DNA from: Mobula hypostoma
Lineage: Eukaryota
DNA length: 64,000 nt
NCBI RefSeq assembly: GCF_963921235.1
Contig: NC_086097.1
Span: 24,802,001-24,866,000 of the forward strand
Direction: 5' to 3'
Part shown: positions 1 through 13,450 of the stretch, in pieces
Position numbering within the stretch: position 1 is the first letter of the stretch
How the letters are laid out: each line of letters opens with the position of its first letter
Made by a program: the position numbers and the translations under genes
The notes under the pieces: generated by a model
Seen by the model: only the letters and a program-made list of their open reading frames with translations
The model's database searches: none
Told to the model about the DNA's origin: nothing

Positions 1-661
1 AAAGCGGCGGTTCAGCCGGAACCAGAGGTGGACACACATACACACACTTTTGAGTGGCTGTAGGTCTCCAGCAAAACTTGGTTGAGCTGAAACCATTCTG
101 TAAATCTGTAAATAAAATAGTTCTAGCATTTTTACCCATGCAAGTTAGTCTTTGTTAAAGAACAAACATGGTGTTAGAAACCTCCATGAGGTCTGAATAT
201 AGAATGTAACTGAATACTGCGAGCAACTAATAAAAATGCTCATTTCCAACAGAGAGAAGCTGCCAGTAAGTTCACCAAAAAATGGTAGAAATTGAGGTAA
301 GAGCCTAAAAATCCCCACAATTAATCATCTTAGTCCTCTCACACCTATGCAGTTCACTAGGAATTTACTGATAACTGGAAATGCTTCAAACGGCTATTCA
401 ATATATATTTAGCATCGACCAGAGCAGGCAGGGCAGAGGAAAAATTGAAAGGTCCATCTTTCTACACATAATTGGTGAAAATGCTTTGGACATCTACAAT
501 AGTTTTCAAATTAATGAGATAGACTTCATATTAGACAAAATTTGAGGAGTATTTTGTTCCAAGTAAAAATGTCATGTTTGAGAGATATAAGATCTTTTCC
601 TGTGCACAGAAATGAGGTGCTAGCCTTGACCAATATGTAGCTAAGTTTCACACACTGGGAT

Positions 662-3600
662 TTGAAAGCCTCACTTGTCAGAGACAAAATAATTCGTGGA
701 ATCCCAGGTAATGGGCTCAGGGAAAATTTGCTCTGTGAAAAAGATTTCATGCTAGAAAAGGTTGTGAATATGGGTAGGGCAGTGGAGACCACACGAGCAC
801 AAGCAAAGAAGCTGCACAGCACAGAAACAATAGTGCATGCTGTGAAAATAGAGGAGCGGTGCACAAGGCATTTCCCAAAGCAAAAGCACAGCAAAGAGGT
901 GGGCTCAAAGAGCAAATGTGGAGGTAGGCACATCCCAAAGAAGTGTACTGCTTATGCAAAAAGTGTGGGGAGAAGAATCATTTTGCAAAGTGCTACAAAG
1001 CTAGTGCCTCCAAGAGGAAGGTGCAAACTGATAATGAGGAAATTGAGGGGAAATTTTGTAGATTCTCTACAGACTGCCAGTGCTGGTAAAACAGAATGGA
1101 TCTTTCCAGTGACTGTGAATGAGACAGTAATTCCATTCAAGCTTGACACCAGAGCCCAGGTGAATCAGTTATCCGTGGATGATTACAGGACTCTCAAAGT
1201 AAAGAGCAAGATATACCCTGTGAAGTTAAAAGTGACAGGCTATAGTGGAGAGGATGTTCCAGTAAAAGGGGTCTGTATAGTGACCTTCAAGCACAAGGGG
1301 CAGCACCTAAAGGCACAGCTAATGACTGTTGAAAAGAGAGTACAGCCAATATTAGGTCTGAGTGCATGTGAAAAGCTTAACCTGTTGAGAAGAACTTTCA
1401 TAGTGGCTTCACAGACCAAAGATGACCACTCTTCACTTGTGGAAGAGTACACTAATGTCTATGAGGGGCTCAGGTGGTTACCTGGTATACCCAAAATCCA
1501 CGTGGATGAGATAGTAACTTCTGTTGTCTTTGCATGCAAGAATGTTCCATTTGCACTTAGAAACAAACTTAAACAAGAACTAGCATGCATGGAATGGATA
1601 AAATATCATACAGAAAATTGAAGAACCAACAGACTTGGTGAGCTCACTGGCCATTGTGCAAAAGAAAAATGGAGCATTGCGGATATGTCTAGACCCAAGA
1701 GATCTCAATAAAGCCTTCAAGAAAGAACGTTTTAAATTGCCAACCAAGGAGGAGGTTATGTCCCAGTCTGCAGGTGCCAAGTGGTTTAGCAAACTCAACG
1801 CGTCATCTGGGTTTTGACAGACGAAGTTTGAATAGGCAAGTTCAAGACTGTGTACTTTTAACACATCAGAGGGTAGATATCACTGTCTTCAGTTACCTTA
1901 TGTGATCCTGTCCACGCTGGATGTCTACCATAAAACCATCTACATGATCTTTGAAGGCATACCTGGTGTCAAGACCTTAATAGATAATGTCATCACCTGG
2001 GGGTACATCAAGGAAGGACATGATACATGACTGACACAGGTGCTAGATGTAGTATGAAATATCAGTTTGAAATTAAGTAAAGAGAAATGTGAGTTTGTTG
2101 TTAGTACAATGACTCTCATAGGAGATGTCAAATTGGAAGAGGGAGTGAAGCCTGACCCAAGGAAGATGTCAGCCATTGAGAACATGGAGAGGCTCCAAAA
2201 AAAGATGAGGAGAGATGTTTCCTGGAAATGGCAACTTACCTAATAAGTTCATCCCCTGAATGGCTATTGTGTCAGCACCACATAGGTCACTCCTTGAGCA
2301 GCAAAATGAACGGATTCGGTCTCATGAGCAAGAAGAGTGTTTCCAGAGGCTGAGAAGAATCCTAACTGAGGAGCCGTGCTAAAGTTTTATGATCAGGAGA
2401 GGTGTACTAGGATTTTGGCTGAATGGCCTTGGAGTAGTACTACTTCAGCAGCATAATGGCACATGGCAACCTGTGGTCTATCCACCAAGAGCTTTAACAA
2501 GTGTGGAAGCCAACTATGCACAGACCGAGAAGGAGCGTAACAGCACATTGGCATGCGAAAGGCTCCATCAGCATATCTATGGACAAGCTTTTGAAGTGGA
2601 TTCAGACATAAACCATTGGTCTCAATTATGTCCAAACCACTGAATGACTGTCCCATAAGGCTACAGCACATGTTGATAAGGCTGTAGAAATATGATGTGA
2701 AGATGACCTACACACCAGGAAAATATATGTTTGCTGCTGATGCGCTATCTCGAGCAGTCAACAAGAAAGAAGAGAGTGACTAAGAGATTAATGTAGATAT
2801 ACAGGTCTATGTTGACATGATTGTCGCCTCCATTCCAGTATCTCCTGATAGAACAGAGAATAATAGGACTACAGCAGGAACAGATGAAACAAATAAAGTA
2901 CTCAAAGAGACAATACTGAAAGGATAGCCAGCAACTACTGTAAAAATGACTGTCCATTGTGTATTCGGGATTAGTGGGTATGCAGAGTTGAACTGTCAGT
3001 AGTGGAAGATATGATCTTCACAGGGATCAGGTTTGTGATTCCAGTGTCGCTATGCAAGGAAATGTTCCAGAAGATACATGAAGGGCATCTTGGTGAGAAA
3101 ATCGTAAACGTAGAGCTCATGAAGTAATGTACTGGCCAAGAATGAACCAAGACATCAGCCAGACCACTGCTTCATGTGAAATCTTTCTTACCTACAGACC
3201 AAAGCAGCAAGCGGTACCACTTACAACACACCCTCTACCAGACAGGCCGTATTCAAAGTTGGAGTGGATTTGTTTGAATGTAATGGGAAGAGTCACATTG
3301 TGTAACAGACTACTTTTCCAATTACCTAGAGGGCAATCAACATCCAGCAAAGCCGTCATCACCTTCCTGAAAGCTATGTTTGTGAGGCATGAAGTGGTAT
3401 CAGACAATGGTCCACAATCCTCGAGCTGTGAATTTGAGTCCTTTGCCAATGATTGGGGCGGGGGAGTTTTGACATATAAATTCAACCCTACCTCACTCAA
3501 AATTTAATGGTCTGGCAGAGAGTTTGGCCGAGGTAGTGAAGGGTCTCATGAAGAAAGTGCAAGATGGACAAGAAGATTTCCACAAAAGTCTGATGACTAA

Positions 3601-3823
3601 CAGAACTGCACCGCCACTGCAGAACAGCCTTTCACCAGCCCAAATGCTGATGGGTCAACGCATACACGATAACCTTCCAATCCATGAAAAACTGTTGACA
3701 TCTAAAGGAGCACACAAGATTAAATTGGCTAAAGTAAAAGGGAAGAAGAAACAGAAACAGTGTCACGACGAGACTAGGAAAAACCTACCAGTCCTGAAGC
3801 CTGGAGATCAAATGCGAATCTGA
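662..3823 (+). pseudogene. Gypsy gag-pol pseudogene (protease, RT, RNase H, integrase), many frameshifts and stops
   Basis: Protease-like FKLDTRAQVN; RT motifs KKNGALRICLDPRDLNKA and WFSKLNASSGF; RNase H GLGVVLLQ..EANYAQTEKE; integrase MYWPRMNQDI..CEI, VVSDNGPQ, SPAQMLMG; order PR-RT-RH-IN. Confidence 0.9.
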
Positions 3824-4272
3824 GATAACGATTCTGGCACATGGTCCATGCACATGTGCAAGAGGAAGTTGCTCCATGTTCCTGCCAGATCCAGAAGCAG
3901 CGAGGAACAGCTCTGAGAAGGAATCGTGTGGTTCTACAACCACAAGTTCCAACCCATAGATGTGATACATCACCTGTAAGTGTGCAAAAGGGGCCAGCAG
4001 ATGTAATGAATAAATGTTAATCAGAATTCTCAGAAAGACACAAATATTAAAGCACCAAATACAAGCAATGCACCTGTGGAAACATAAAGCAAACCAAAAA
4101 GGATGATTAAACCACCCCAGAGACTGATTGAGAGTTATTGAGTAAATAAGGAACTGTATTTGCTCATTACAATTGATGTTAATGCAAATATCTGTGTTGG
4201 AAAGCTTAATTGTTTCTGGCTGGATTATGGGGGCACAGTATTGTGTTTGTTTTTTTCTTTAAAGGTGGAAGA

Positions 4273-4508
4273 TGTGTTATTATGTGTGTACATAATAAAG
4301 AACTTCATTTCCCAGTGTGCTATGTGGCGGTTCAGTGGGAACTGGAAGTGACATTGGTGAATGGGACATACACACGCTTTTGGCAGGCTGAAGGTCCTAC
4401 TAGTTGAGTAGTGTGGTTGAGCTGAAGCCATTCTGTAAATCTGTGAATAAAATAGTTTGAGCGTTTTTACCCATGCAAGTTTGTTTTTGTTAAAGAACAA
4501 GCATAACA
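4273..4508 (+). repeat. 3' LTR of the Gypsy element
   Basis: TG..CA ends, preceded by a polypurine tract, contains AATAAA, homologous to 1-168. Confidence 0.88.
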
Positions 4509-4514
4509 CTAACT

Positions 4515-4800
4515 AATCAAAAACCTTTCAACCTCTGCTTTAAATGTACCCAATAACTTGGCCTCCACAGCTATCTACCACCATCTGGCTAAAAAAATTA
4601 CTCCTCATCTCTGTTTAATATAAAGGATCATCCTTCTACTCTGAGGTTGTGCTCTCTTGTCCTAGACTCCCTCACTGTAGGACACATCCTCTCCATGTCC
4701 ACTCTATCTAGGCCTTTCAATATTCAGCAGGTTTCAATGAGATCTCCCTTCATTATTCTAAACTCCAGTGAGTACAGGTCCAGAGCACTCAAACACTCAA
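4515..4800 (-). mobile_element. CR1 LINE 3' fragment
   Basis: Reverse complement of the CR1 RT C-terminus; matches other CR1 ends at 8900-9360 and 13725-14300. Confidence 0.75.
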
Positions 4801-5140
4801 CCACCACTGAGGACATCTCCAAGAGTTGGAATCTCAAGGAAGCAGTAACCATCACCAAGGATCCTCACCCCGGAACATGCCGTCTTCTCATACTACCATC
4901 AGGGAGGATGTACAGAGCCTGATGACCCACACTCTGTGTCTTAGGAGCAGCTTCTTACCCTCCACCATAAGATTTCTGAATGGTCCATAAACTCTATACT
5001 ATCTCACCATTTCTCTTTCTCACGGTTTATTTATTTCTGTAGTTGAGGATAATTTTATGTCTTTGGACTGTGTTGCTGCCGCAAAACAATACATTTCACA
5101 TAATCTAAGTTAGTGATAATGAATATGATTCTGATTCTGA
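4800..5140 (+). mobile_element. Rex1/Babar-like LINE 3' fragment
   Basis: Translates to ITKDPHPG..LLILPSGRMYR; ends in an (attctg)n tail. Confidence 0.7.
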
Positions 5141-6424
5141 CTCGTGCTATTTCCCCCCATTTTCTTTGTAGCCTTCTATTCAATGGCGATTCAATTATTT
5201 CTGGAAGCTTTCAAAGTTCAAACTTCAAAGCTCCTACCTTTTAGCCTGTTATGACAGCTGCCCTGACCTTTCCCCATGAACGGTCAGCCTTTGACCAATG
5301 CTGTGGGTAGATTTCAAAGGATGAGGTAAATATTTGATACCCCTCAAATGGATTTTACAGACACTTTGGTAATCTCATTCCATTTCTGGGTGTGACTGCT
5401 GAACTTTACTATTAATCTGTGGCCGTGAAGAGTTCTTCCAAGATTTAGTCTTGTCTGATAAACGAAGCAGACATTAATTATTCCACTAATGAAGATTATC
5501 ATTCCAGGAGCCACCGGTAAATGATTGCAGCTCAACAAAGTGAATTATCTCTGAACAGACCAATCTCGGAGATGCCTTTCAGAATGCACTTGAAGTGCAA
5601 AATGAACTCTCTGTCGAATAAATATCTCATCATTGATAGCACATTACTGGCATGGCTTCACTCATGTGAAAGGTCTGTTGTAAATCACTTATGAATCTGC
5701 CTGCTGTGAGTTATGAGGGTCCTTTTACCGTCTCGCATGACGTAATTTTGTCACTGCAGAAAGTGAGCTTTGCTTCACAATGAAGCAAAATTAAAAGATT
5801 AATTTGAAAATTCTAAGGATGAGGGGTTTCAGTTGTGAGGTTACTCAAGGGAAGCAGAGACTGTTCTCCCTAGAACAAAAATGGTTGAAGGGGCTTTTGA
5901 TTGAGGTGGACAAGATTATGACTGGTTTAAACTGGTTTAAATAAGGTAAACAGAAGGGAGCTGTTCCATTAACAGATGGGTCAAGGGTCAGAGTACCCTG
6001 GCTTAAATTTTGGATGTAAGATCCAAAGGGGATGGGGTGAGATAATTTTTTTTTCTTAAGTGTTTGAATTTTATTGCCTGCAAGCTGAAGGAAACAAATC
6101 GATCGTGCCAGCTCCATCGTGGGCACTAGGCACCCCAGCATCGAAGCTGTGTCTGGAGAAAGCAGCATTCATCGTGAAGGACCCCACCACACAGGACATG
6201 TCCTTTTCCCATTGCTGCCATCAGAGAGGGGGTACAGGTGCTTTAACATCTTAGAAACAGATTCTTCCCCTTCGCCATCAGGTTTCTCAACGGTCCATGA
6301 ACCCGTGAACTCTATTAGCTCTCTTTCTGCACAAATTACATTTTTATATTTCCTATTGCAACTTTTCATAATTTTTTACATATTCAGCTGAATTGCTGCT
6401 GCAAAACAAAAATTTCACAACCTG

Positions 6425-6658
6425 CACTCAGTGTCCACTTTATTAGATACACCTGTACACCCACTTGTTAATGGGAGAGGTCAGGGAGAATGGCCAGACT
6501 GATTCAAGCTGACCGGAAGGTGACAGTAACTCAAATAACTACACACTACAACAGTGGTGTGCAGAAGAGCACATCCAACTTTGAAATGGAAATCCACGAA
6601 CATACACTCAGTGGCCACTTTATTTGGTACAGGAGGTGCCTAATAAAGTGGCCACTGA
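6425..6658 (+). mobile_element. Non-autonomous Tc1-like element (internally deleted) ending in a mini TIR hairpin
   Basis: TIR-like cactcagtg.ccactttatt at 6425 and 6605, inverted at 6642-6658; internal peptide MARLIQADRKVTVTQITTHYNSGVQKS resembles a Tc1 transposase DNA-binding region. Confidence 0.75.
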
Positions 6659-6919
6659 ACATTGTTTCTGTAACTGGACAGTAATTCAAATCAAACACCT
6701 AACTCCAGAGAAGAGGTAAATGAAGATTTACTCACCACCTTCGCACTCTCCCCCAGCATTTTCCTATGATACCCCATTTTCAAACTCTTTGGCTCCTAAG
6801 GGCAGTGTAAACAGAACCTTTGAAAATCGTTTAAGGCACAGAGACATCGATTCCTGTTACAGGCAGTGATGGGACTGTGGAGCTGAATTTACAAACATAT
6901 TGTCCATGATCTTATTGAT

Positions 6920-7900
6920 AGCCCTGGGGTAAAGTGGAGAGCATCCTTACTAATTTAATCACAGTCTGGTATAGAAACTGCAATGCACAGGATTGAAAGA
7001 GGCTGTAGACGGTTGCAAGCTCAGCCAGCTCCATTATGGTGACATCCCTCCCCACCGTCAAGGACATATTCAGAAGGCAGTGCCTCAAGAAGGCAGCATC
7101 ATACATAGACTCCATTATTCCAAAGAAAAGTTGCACAGTTTCTACCCTGATGTTTCACCAGTTTGTAATAGATGTAAATCTGTGAACAGTAACTTGTCAC
7201 GTTCATTCTGGTCATGTTGTAAGCTTTATGCATACTGGAAAAGTATTTTTCACTGTTTCTCTGAGGCTTTTGGGAAGCGGTGGGAACCAGACCTGCTCAT
7301 AGCCATCCTTGGAGTAACAAGCTCCCTATCTTCAGCCAATATGTATGAAAAACTGGCTGTATCATTTGGAATGGTGATTGCTAACAAGTTAATCCTGCAA
7401 ATGTGGAAAATGGACTGTGCCTACGTACAATCTGTGGCTGAGAGAACTGGCAAATTCTTTACATTTGGAGAGACTGAGACTATGTGATGAGGACAGAGGG
7501 GACATCTTTAAAAGGATATGGGGCCCTGTATTGGACTTTCTTGCGGGGTGAGGACTGAGGTTTTTTGGTGCGGTGCACCTCTGCTGTGTATGTTTACTTT
7601 GCCTTTATATTTTTCTCCCTTTCGCTGCTCAATATTTAATTTGATTTTGTTATGGTTGTGGTTTTCGTGGATGTGCTTTTTTTTGTCCTTTTTTTTGTAT
7701 GTAATAAATAAAAATAAAAATATATAATTAAAAACAGAAGGCAGCATTCATCATTAAGAACCCTCACTATCCAGGACATGCCCTCTTCTCATTCCCACTA
7801 TCAGGGAGGAGATACAGGAACTTGAATTTCCACACTTAACGATTCAGAAACAGCTTGTTCTCTTCCCAGTGATCCATTAACCCATTAACAATAACTCACT
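6920..7900 (+). mobile_element. Rex1/Babar-like LINE 3' fragment split by an L1-type insertion
   Basis: gagagcatccttac..tggtatagaaactgc..caggattgaaagaggctg..aaggcagcatc resumes at 7748 with tcatcattaagaaccctcac..ccactatcagggaggagatacagg. Confidence 0.75.
7100..7735 (+). mobile_element. 5'-truncated L1/Tx1-type LINE (ORF2 C-terminal zinc knuckle plus 3' UTR)
   Basis: IHRLHYSKEKLH..CNRC..FWSC (homologous to 54170-54290); T-rich UTR, AATAAA and A-rich tail; 12-bp TSD agaaggcagcat at 7088-7099 and 7736-7747. Confidence 0.85.
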
Positions 7901-8612
7901 ATTGTCATTCTGACTGTGTCCTTCATTCTTTGGAATGCCAATCCTATATTCATTGCTTCATTGCATGATGGTGCTTGAGGGTCAGCACTCTCATGGTGGG
8001 CCGAATGGCTTGTTTATGACCTCCATGATCTTTAAAGCCTAACACTGATCATTGATTTAGTGATATTAGATTTTAATTGTCCAGTGTCAGGCACAAAGTA
8101 ACATTTACATATGGGAAACCAAGATGAGCTGATGCATGACGGACTAAATCTTTAACTTGAACTATTTTGTGGAGAGGAAGTGTTGTTTTATACCGCCTCT
8201 AGCTGCTTAGCTTTTCTGTGTTATATCTATTTCCCAATACTTGTGGTCCTAATCTATTTAAAGCTATTTTAGAAATGGGTACTTATGATACTAGTCAATG
8301 AATGTTTAATGTCTTGATCCAATCGTACTCCACTGTTTCAATATTATTATTATTTAATCAACAACTTAATGGTTCTGTATAAATTTTTATGTAAATGTGT
8401 TTATAACCTATTATCACTCATACAGTTTCTTTGCTTTATTTCCTTTCAAAGGAAGTTTAATTTCCCCATTACTTTGAATCTGGCTTGTTTCTCTTACAGT
8501 TAAATTTCCTCCGCTTTCACTCAATTTTTGCCTGGTTTTCATGATGCCCTTTGACTTGATAAATCTGCTGATGACTTGAACTCTCTGAGGGATGCTGGAG
8601 AAGCTCCCTCCC

Positions 8613-8840
8613 TGTGGTAAACCATATATATGTTGTAACTGGGTTAACTGTCTGGACACACCCCTCTGCTGACTGCCCCTGTGGCTCCTCCCACAGACCC
8701 CTGAATAAAGGTGATTTCGCCCTGCTCCTCCCCCTCAGTCCGGGGGCAGACACTCACCATGGAGGCCGTATTGTACAGCGAATAAAAGCCTCTCAGTATT
8801 TACCCTACTTCAGTCTTTTGGAGTTATTGAAGGTGCTTCA
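8613..8840 (+). repeat. Solo LTR (228 bp)
   Basis: TG...CA termini, internal AATAAA motifs, exact 5-bp TSD ctccc at 8608-8612 and 8841-8845. Confidence 0.88.
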
Positions 8841-8889
8841 CTCCCCAGCTCATCTACAGATCAAAAGCTCTGCCTACCATCAGACTGAA

Positions 8890-9360
8890 AGACTGTAAGA
8901 CAGAAGAGCAGAATTAGGCCATTCAGGCTATTGTGTCTGCTCCACCATTCCATCATGGCAGATTTATTACCCCTCTCAATTCTATTCTCCCGCTTTCTCC
9001 CCGTAGCCTTTGATGCCCTGACTATTCGAGAACTTATCAATCTTGGCTTCAAATATACCCAATAACTTAGCCTCCACAGACATCTGTGGCAATGAATTCC
9101 ACAGATTCACCATCCCCTAGCTAAAAAAAGAAATCTTTAACTCTGTTCTAAAGGGATGTCCTTCTATTCTGAGGCTGTGCCCTCTGGTCCTAGCCACCCC
9201 CCCCCCCCCAACTATTGGATCCATCCTCTCCATGTCTACTCTATCTAGGCCTTTCAGTATTGATAGGTTTCAATGAGATCCCCCCTCATTCTTCTAAACT
9301 CTAGTGAATACAGTCCCAGAGCCATCAAATGCTCCTCATACGTTAATACTTTCATTCTGG
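8890..9360 (-). mobile_element. CR1 LINE 3' end
   Basis: Reverse complement of the CR1 RT end and 3' UTR (gagcagaattaggccattc...ggcaatgaattccacagattcacca). Confidence 0.8.
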
Positions 9361-9899
9361 GGGTCTAATGCCCCAGAGAAAATTATTCAATCTGATAACC
9401 TCTATCAGATCTCCTCTCAGCATTCAATATTCCAGAGAAAATGATCCATTTTCCGAACCTCCCATGACTCACTTTGCTTCCTTTCTAATGGAATTTCTAA
9501 TACCTGACTTCATGACGGTAGAATTAAAATCATAAACCCCCTCCATACCTTGAGAAAATTCTCCTTTAGTCAAGCAAAGGCAACTCAATCCTGATCACTT
9601 TTGAGTAATTTCATGTGATGAAGATAATTACTAGTCTCAGTTATCTTTGCGATGAAGCTCGAATTGGATCCGGGCACTTCAAGGGATATGAATACAGGCA
9701 TTACCAGAGGAATAATTGAGGCACCAGGGACTGAAAATTCAAGAGAGGCACATCAAAGACAAGATGAAATATAAAAGTCTTTGGTCATTGGAAAGCAAAA
9801 TAATAGATGACTGGTGTCTCTTCCTCTTCTGGCTGGTTATGTACTGGATTGTGATTAACTAGCCGCTGGCCACAAACTGGAGCAGGAGCTGAGCACAGA

Positions 9900-10335
9900 G
9901 TTCAAAGTTCAAAGTAAATTAATTATTGAAGTATGTATATGTCATCATTTATTACCATGAGATCTGTTTTCTTGCAGGTATTAATTGCAAAGTAAAGAAA
10001 TACAATAGAACTTATAAAAAAAACTATCAAGACTGACAAGCAACCAATGTACAAAAGAAGACAAATCGTGCAAATAATACAAAACGTAAACAAATAATCC
10101 TGAGCGTAGAGTCCTTGAAAGTGAACCTATAGCAATTCAGCATTAGGGTCAGTGACATTATCTACACCGGTTCAGGAACCTGATGGTTGTGGGGTTATAA
10201 CTGTTCTTGAGCCTGGTGTTGTGGGACCTGAGGTTCCTGTATTTCCTGCCCGATGGCAGTAGTGAGAAGAGGACATGGCCTGGACGGTGGGGGCCCTTGA
10301 TGATGGATGCTGCTTTCTTTTGGCAGCGCTCTGTG
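9900..10335 (-). mobile_element. Rex1/Babar-like LINE 3' end
   Basis: ORF 10158-10349: KAASIIKGPHRPGHVLFSLLPSGRKYRNL; (ttcaaag) tail at about 9900. Confidence 0.75.
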
Positions 10336-11479
10336 CACAAATGCCCCACTTATTAACATAACCATGGATGACCATGTCTTTCACCTTCTTCCTCTTTTTC
10401 GGAAATCTTCGGAATCCAGGATGCCTTGTTTCCAATCCAGTTGTGTGGCTTCTGGGGTTGTCAATGAAGCCAAACTCTGCTTAAACCTTCCTTGCAGAAA
10501 CTTAGCAAGGTCTCAGACCCAGAGTCATAAAAGTGTATTTGAGGTGACACCAAAACCCTCACAGAGGAAGAACGTCTGGAATTCAGGCCTCCGCTTCACT
10601 CTTAAAGGCTAGCAACATGGATGGGTGGCGGACGACATCTGTGGATATTGGGCAGTTCAGGTTAGTAGGTCCCACTGCTGGATGTCCAGGGGAGCAGGCA
10701 GTACAAGGGACAGTTAGTCTGTGTACCCAAAGTTGTAGCCTGAAGGCTGGGGTCCTGTCATTGGCTAATTTGATTCTGAAGACTGAAGCCCGAAGGTCAA
10801 TTGGAAGTCCAAAGGTCAAAGCCCATTGGCTGAAGCCTGGAGACTAGATGCCTGTCCTGGAGGTGGAGGACAATCCATGTGTGTGGGTTGATGGGAGAGA
10901 TGAGCAGCGCTTGTTTCACTGTTGTTGCTTTGTTGCTTGTTGTGTTCAGCTTTGCTGTGTTATGGATGTTATTCTGCCAAGCACTGTGGGCACGCTATTT
11001 TGGCATTGGAATGTGTGGCGACACTTGCGGTCTGCACCTACCATGACACATCCCTAAGTGTGTTGGCTGTTAACACAAATGACACATTTCACTGTGTGTT
11101 TCGATGTACATATGATGAACAAACCTGAATCTGAATTTGAATCTAAATCAAGGCCATCCATCAGGGTACCAGAGAAGCTCTGCTTAAGCAGTGAAATGAA
11201 TGGACCCTCCCACAAGCTCCCCAGCTATCCATCTCATCGACCAATCCCTGCCCCATGTGTGGAACTATTTGTGATTACTACACTAGATTCAATGACATGG
11301 CCCAATCCTTGATATCACTCTGTTAAAAAATCCATCAAATCTACCCAGTAACCAAGTGTCCACAGCTGCCTTTGGTAGAGATGGGCAAAGAGCTGAACGC
11401 ATTTCTCCTCATATTGGTCCCAAACAGCCAATACATGGTCTAGTTCATTCCAGAATGTCTCCCTGGAGGAAGCAACCTC

Positions 11480-12000
11480 TTCAATTTCAAGTTTATTGGC
11501 ATTTAACCATATACGTATATGTCACCAAACGAAACAACGTTCCTCCAGACCAGGGTGCACAATACAGTGTATATAACACACATACAACATATAAAGTAAT
11601 ATTACCACAAATAAATTAACGAATAATAAGGTTGCATTTATGACACAATTTAAAAAGTAAGCCATATAACACTACTAGCGTTTGATACATGATGAGATCT
11701 GAGTGGTGGTGGGGAGTCTCATGGCCTGAGGGAAGAAGCTATTTCACATCCTAACAGTCCTTGCCCTAATGCTACAGTTCCACCCCCTGTTGGTAGGGGG
11801 TTGAAGAGATTGTTGGACAAATGGGAAGAATCATTGACAATGCTAAGGACGCTGCGTATGCAGTGCTCCTGATAAACATCTCAGAGAGGTGGTAGAGAGA
11901 CCTCGATGATCCTCTCAGCCATCCTCACAATCCTTTGCGAGGACTTGTGCTCAGATGCCTTGCAATTCCCATACCAGACCGTGGTCCAGCTGGTCAGGAC
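11480..12000 (-). mobile_element. Rex1/Babar-like LINE 3' fragment
   Basis: Same C-terminal motif family on the minus strand (ccataccagac..., gggaagaagct). Confidence 0.6.
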
Positions 12001-12011
12001 ATTATTTTATA

Positions 12012-13450
12012 TGTATTCATTTATGGGATGTGGGCATTACCAGCTAAGCCAGCATTTATTGCCCATCCCTAGTTGCCCTTGAGAAGGTGGTGATGAGCTG
12101 CCTTCTTGAACCGCTGCAGTCCCTGAGGAGTAGGTACACCCACAGTGCTGTTAGGGAGGGTATTCTGTGGTTTTGACCCAGCAACAATGAAGGAATGGCG
12201 ATATGTTTCCAATACAGGATGATGAGTGACTTAGAGGGGGATTTCCAAGTAGTGGCATTCCCACGTATCTGTTGTTCTTGTCCTAGATGGTAATGGTCAT
12301 GGGTCTGGAAGGTGCTTCCTTAAGAACTTTGGTATGTTGTTGTGGTGCATCTTGTAGATAGTGCACACTGCTGCAACTGTTCATCGATGGTGGAGGGATT
12401 GAATGCTTGTGGAAGGGATACCAGTGAAGTGGGCTGCCTTGTACGGGATAGTGTTAAGCTTCTGAGTGTTGATGGAGCTGCACTCATCCAGACGAGTGGC
12501 AAATATTCCATTACACTTCTGACCTGAGCCTTGTCGATGGTGGACAGGCTTTGGGGAGTCAAGAGGTGAGTTACACGCCACAGGATTCCTAGCCTTTGTC
12601 CTGCTCTGGTAGCCATGATGTTTATATGTCTTGACCAGTTCTGTTTCCTGTCAATGGTAACCCCTAGGATGTTGATAGTAGGGGATTCAGTGATGCTGAT
12701 ACCACTGAATGTCAAGGGACAATGGTTAGCGCCTCTCTTATTGGAGATGGTCATTGCCTGGCACTAGTGTGGCTCAAATGTTACTTGTCACCTGTCAGCC
12801 CAAGCCTGGATATTGTCCAGGTCCTGCTGCATTTGGGTATAAACTCCTTCACTATCTGAGGTGTCACGAATGGTGCAGAACATTGTGCACTCATCTGCGA
12901 ACGTCCCACTTTTGGCCTTATGATGGAAGGAAGGTCATTGATGAATCAGCTGAAGATGGTTGGTCCTAGGACACTTCCCTGAGGAACTCCTGCAGTGACG
13001 TCCTGAGGATGAGATGATTGACCTCCAACCACCACAACCATCTTCCTTTGTGCCAGGTATGATTCCAACCGAGGGGTTTCCCCCTAATTCCCATTGACTA
13101 CATTTTAGCTAGGACATCTTGAATCCATACTCAGTCAAGTGCTGCCTTGACGTCGAGAACTATCACTGTCACCTCACCTCCGGTATTTAGCTCTTTGGTC
13201 CATGTTTAGACCAAGGAGGTGATGAGGTCTGGAGTTGAGTGGCCTTGATGGAACCCAAACTGGGTATCCGTAAGCAGGTTTTTGTCCAGTAGGTGCTGCA
13301 TGATAGCACTGTTGATGACCTCTTCCATTACTTTGCTGATAGGCCGGTAATTAGCTGGACTGGACTTGTCCTGATTCTTATGTGCAGGATATACCTGGGC
13401 AATTTTTCACATTGCCGGGTAGATGCCAGTGTTGTAGCTGTTCTGGAACA
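12012..13450 (-). mobile_element. Non-CR1 LINE RT fragment (L2/Crack/Daphne-group-like)
   Basis: ORF 12320-12754: NILGVTIDRKQNWSRHI..RAGQRLGIL..KAQVRSVMEY, an RT C-terminus distinct from the CR1 and Rex families here; clade is tentative. Confidence 0.65.

Larger units (their letters stand above)
1..4508 (+). mobile_element. Decayed Gypsy/Ty3 LTR retrotransposon (partial 5' LTR, PBS, gag-pol remnants, PPT, 3' LTR)
   Basis: 1-168 aligns by eye to about 4325-4502 (ggcggttcag...gttgagctga..ccattctgtaaatctgt.aataaaatag...taaagaacaa). PBS-like tggtgttagaa at 169-179, purine tract aaaggtggaaga at 4261-4272, 3' LTR TG...CA at 4273-4508. Confidence 0.92.

Noticed and set aside
10380..10402. PKKRKKV (SV40-type NLS) in minus-strand ORF 10172-10435
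   Set aside because: The ORF has a non-ATG start and runs out of frame into a Rex-like LINE fragment; a purine-rich run gives this by chance.
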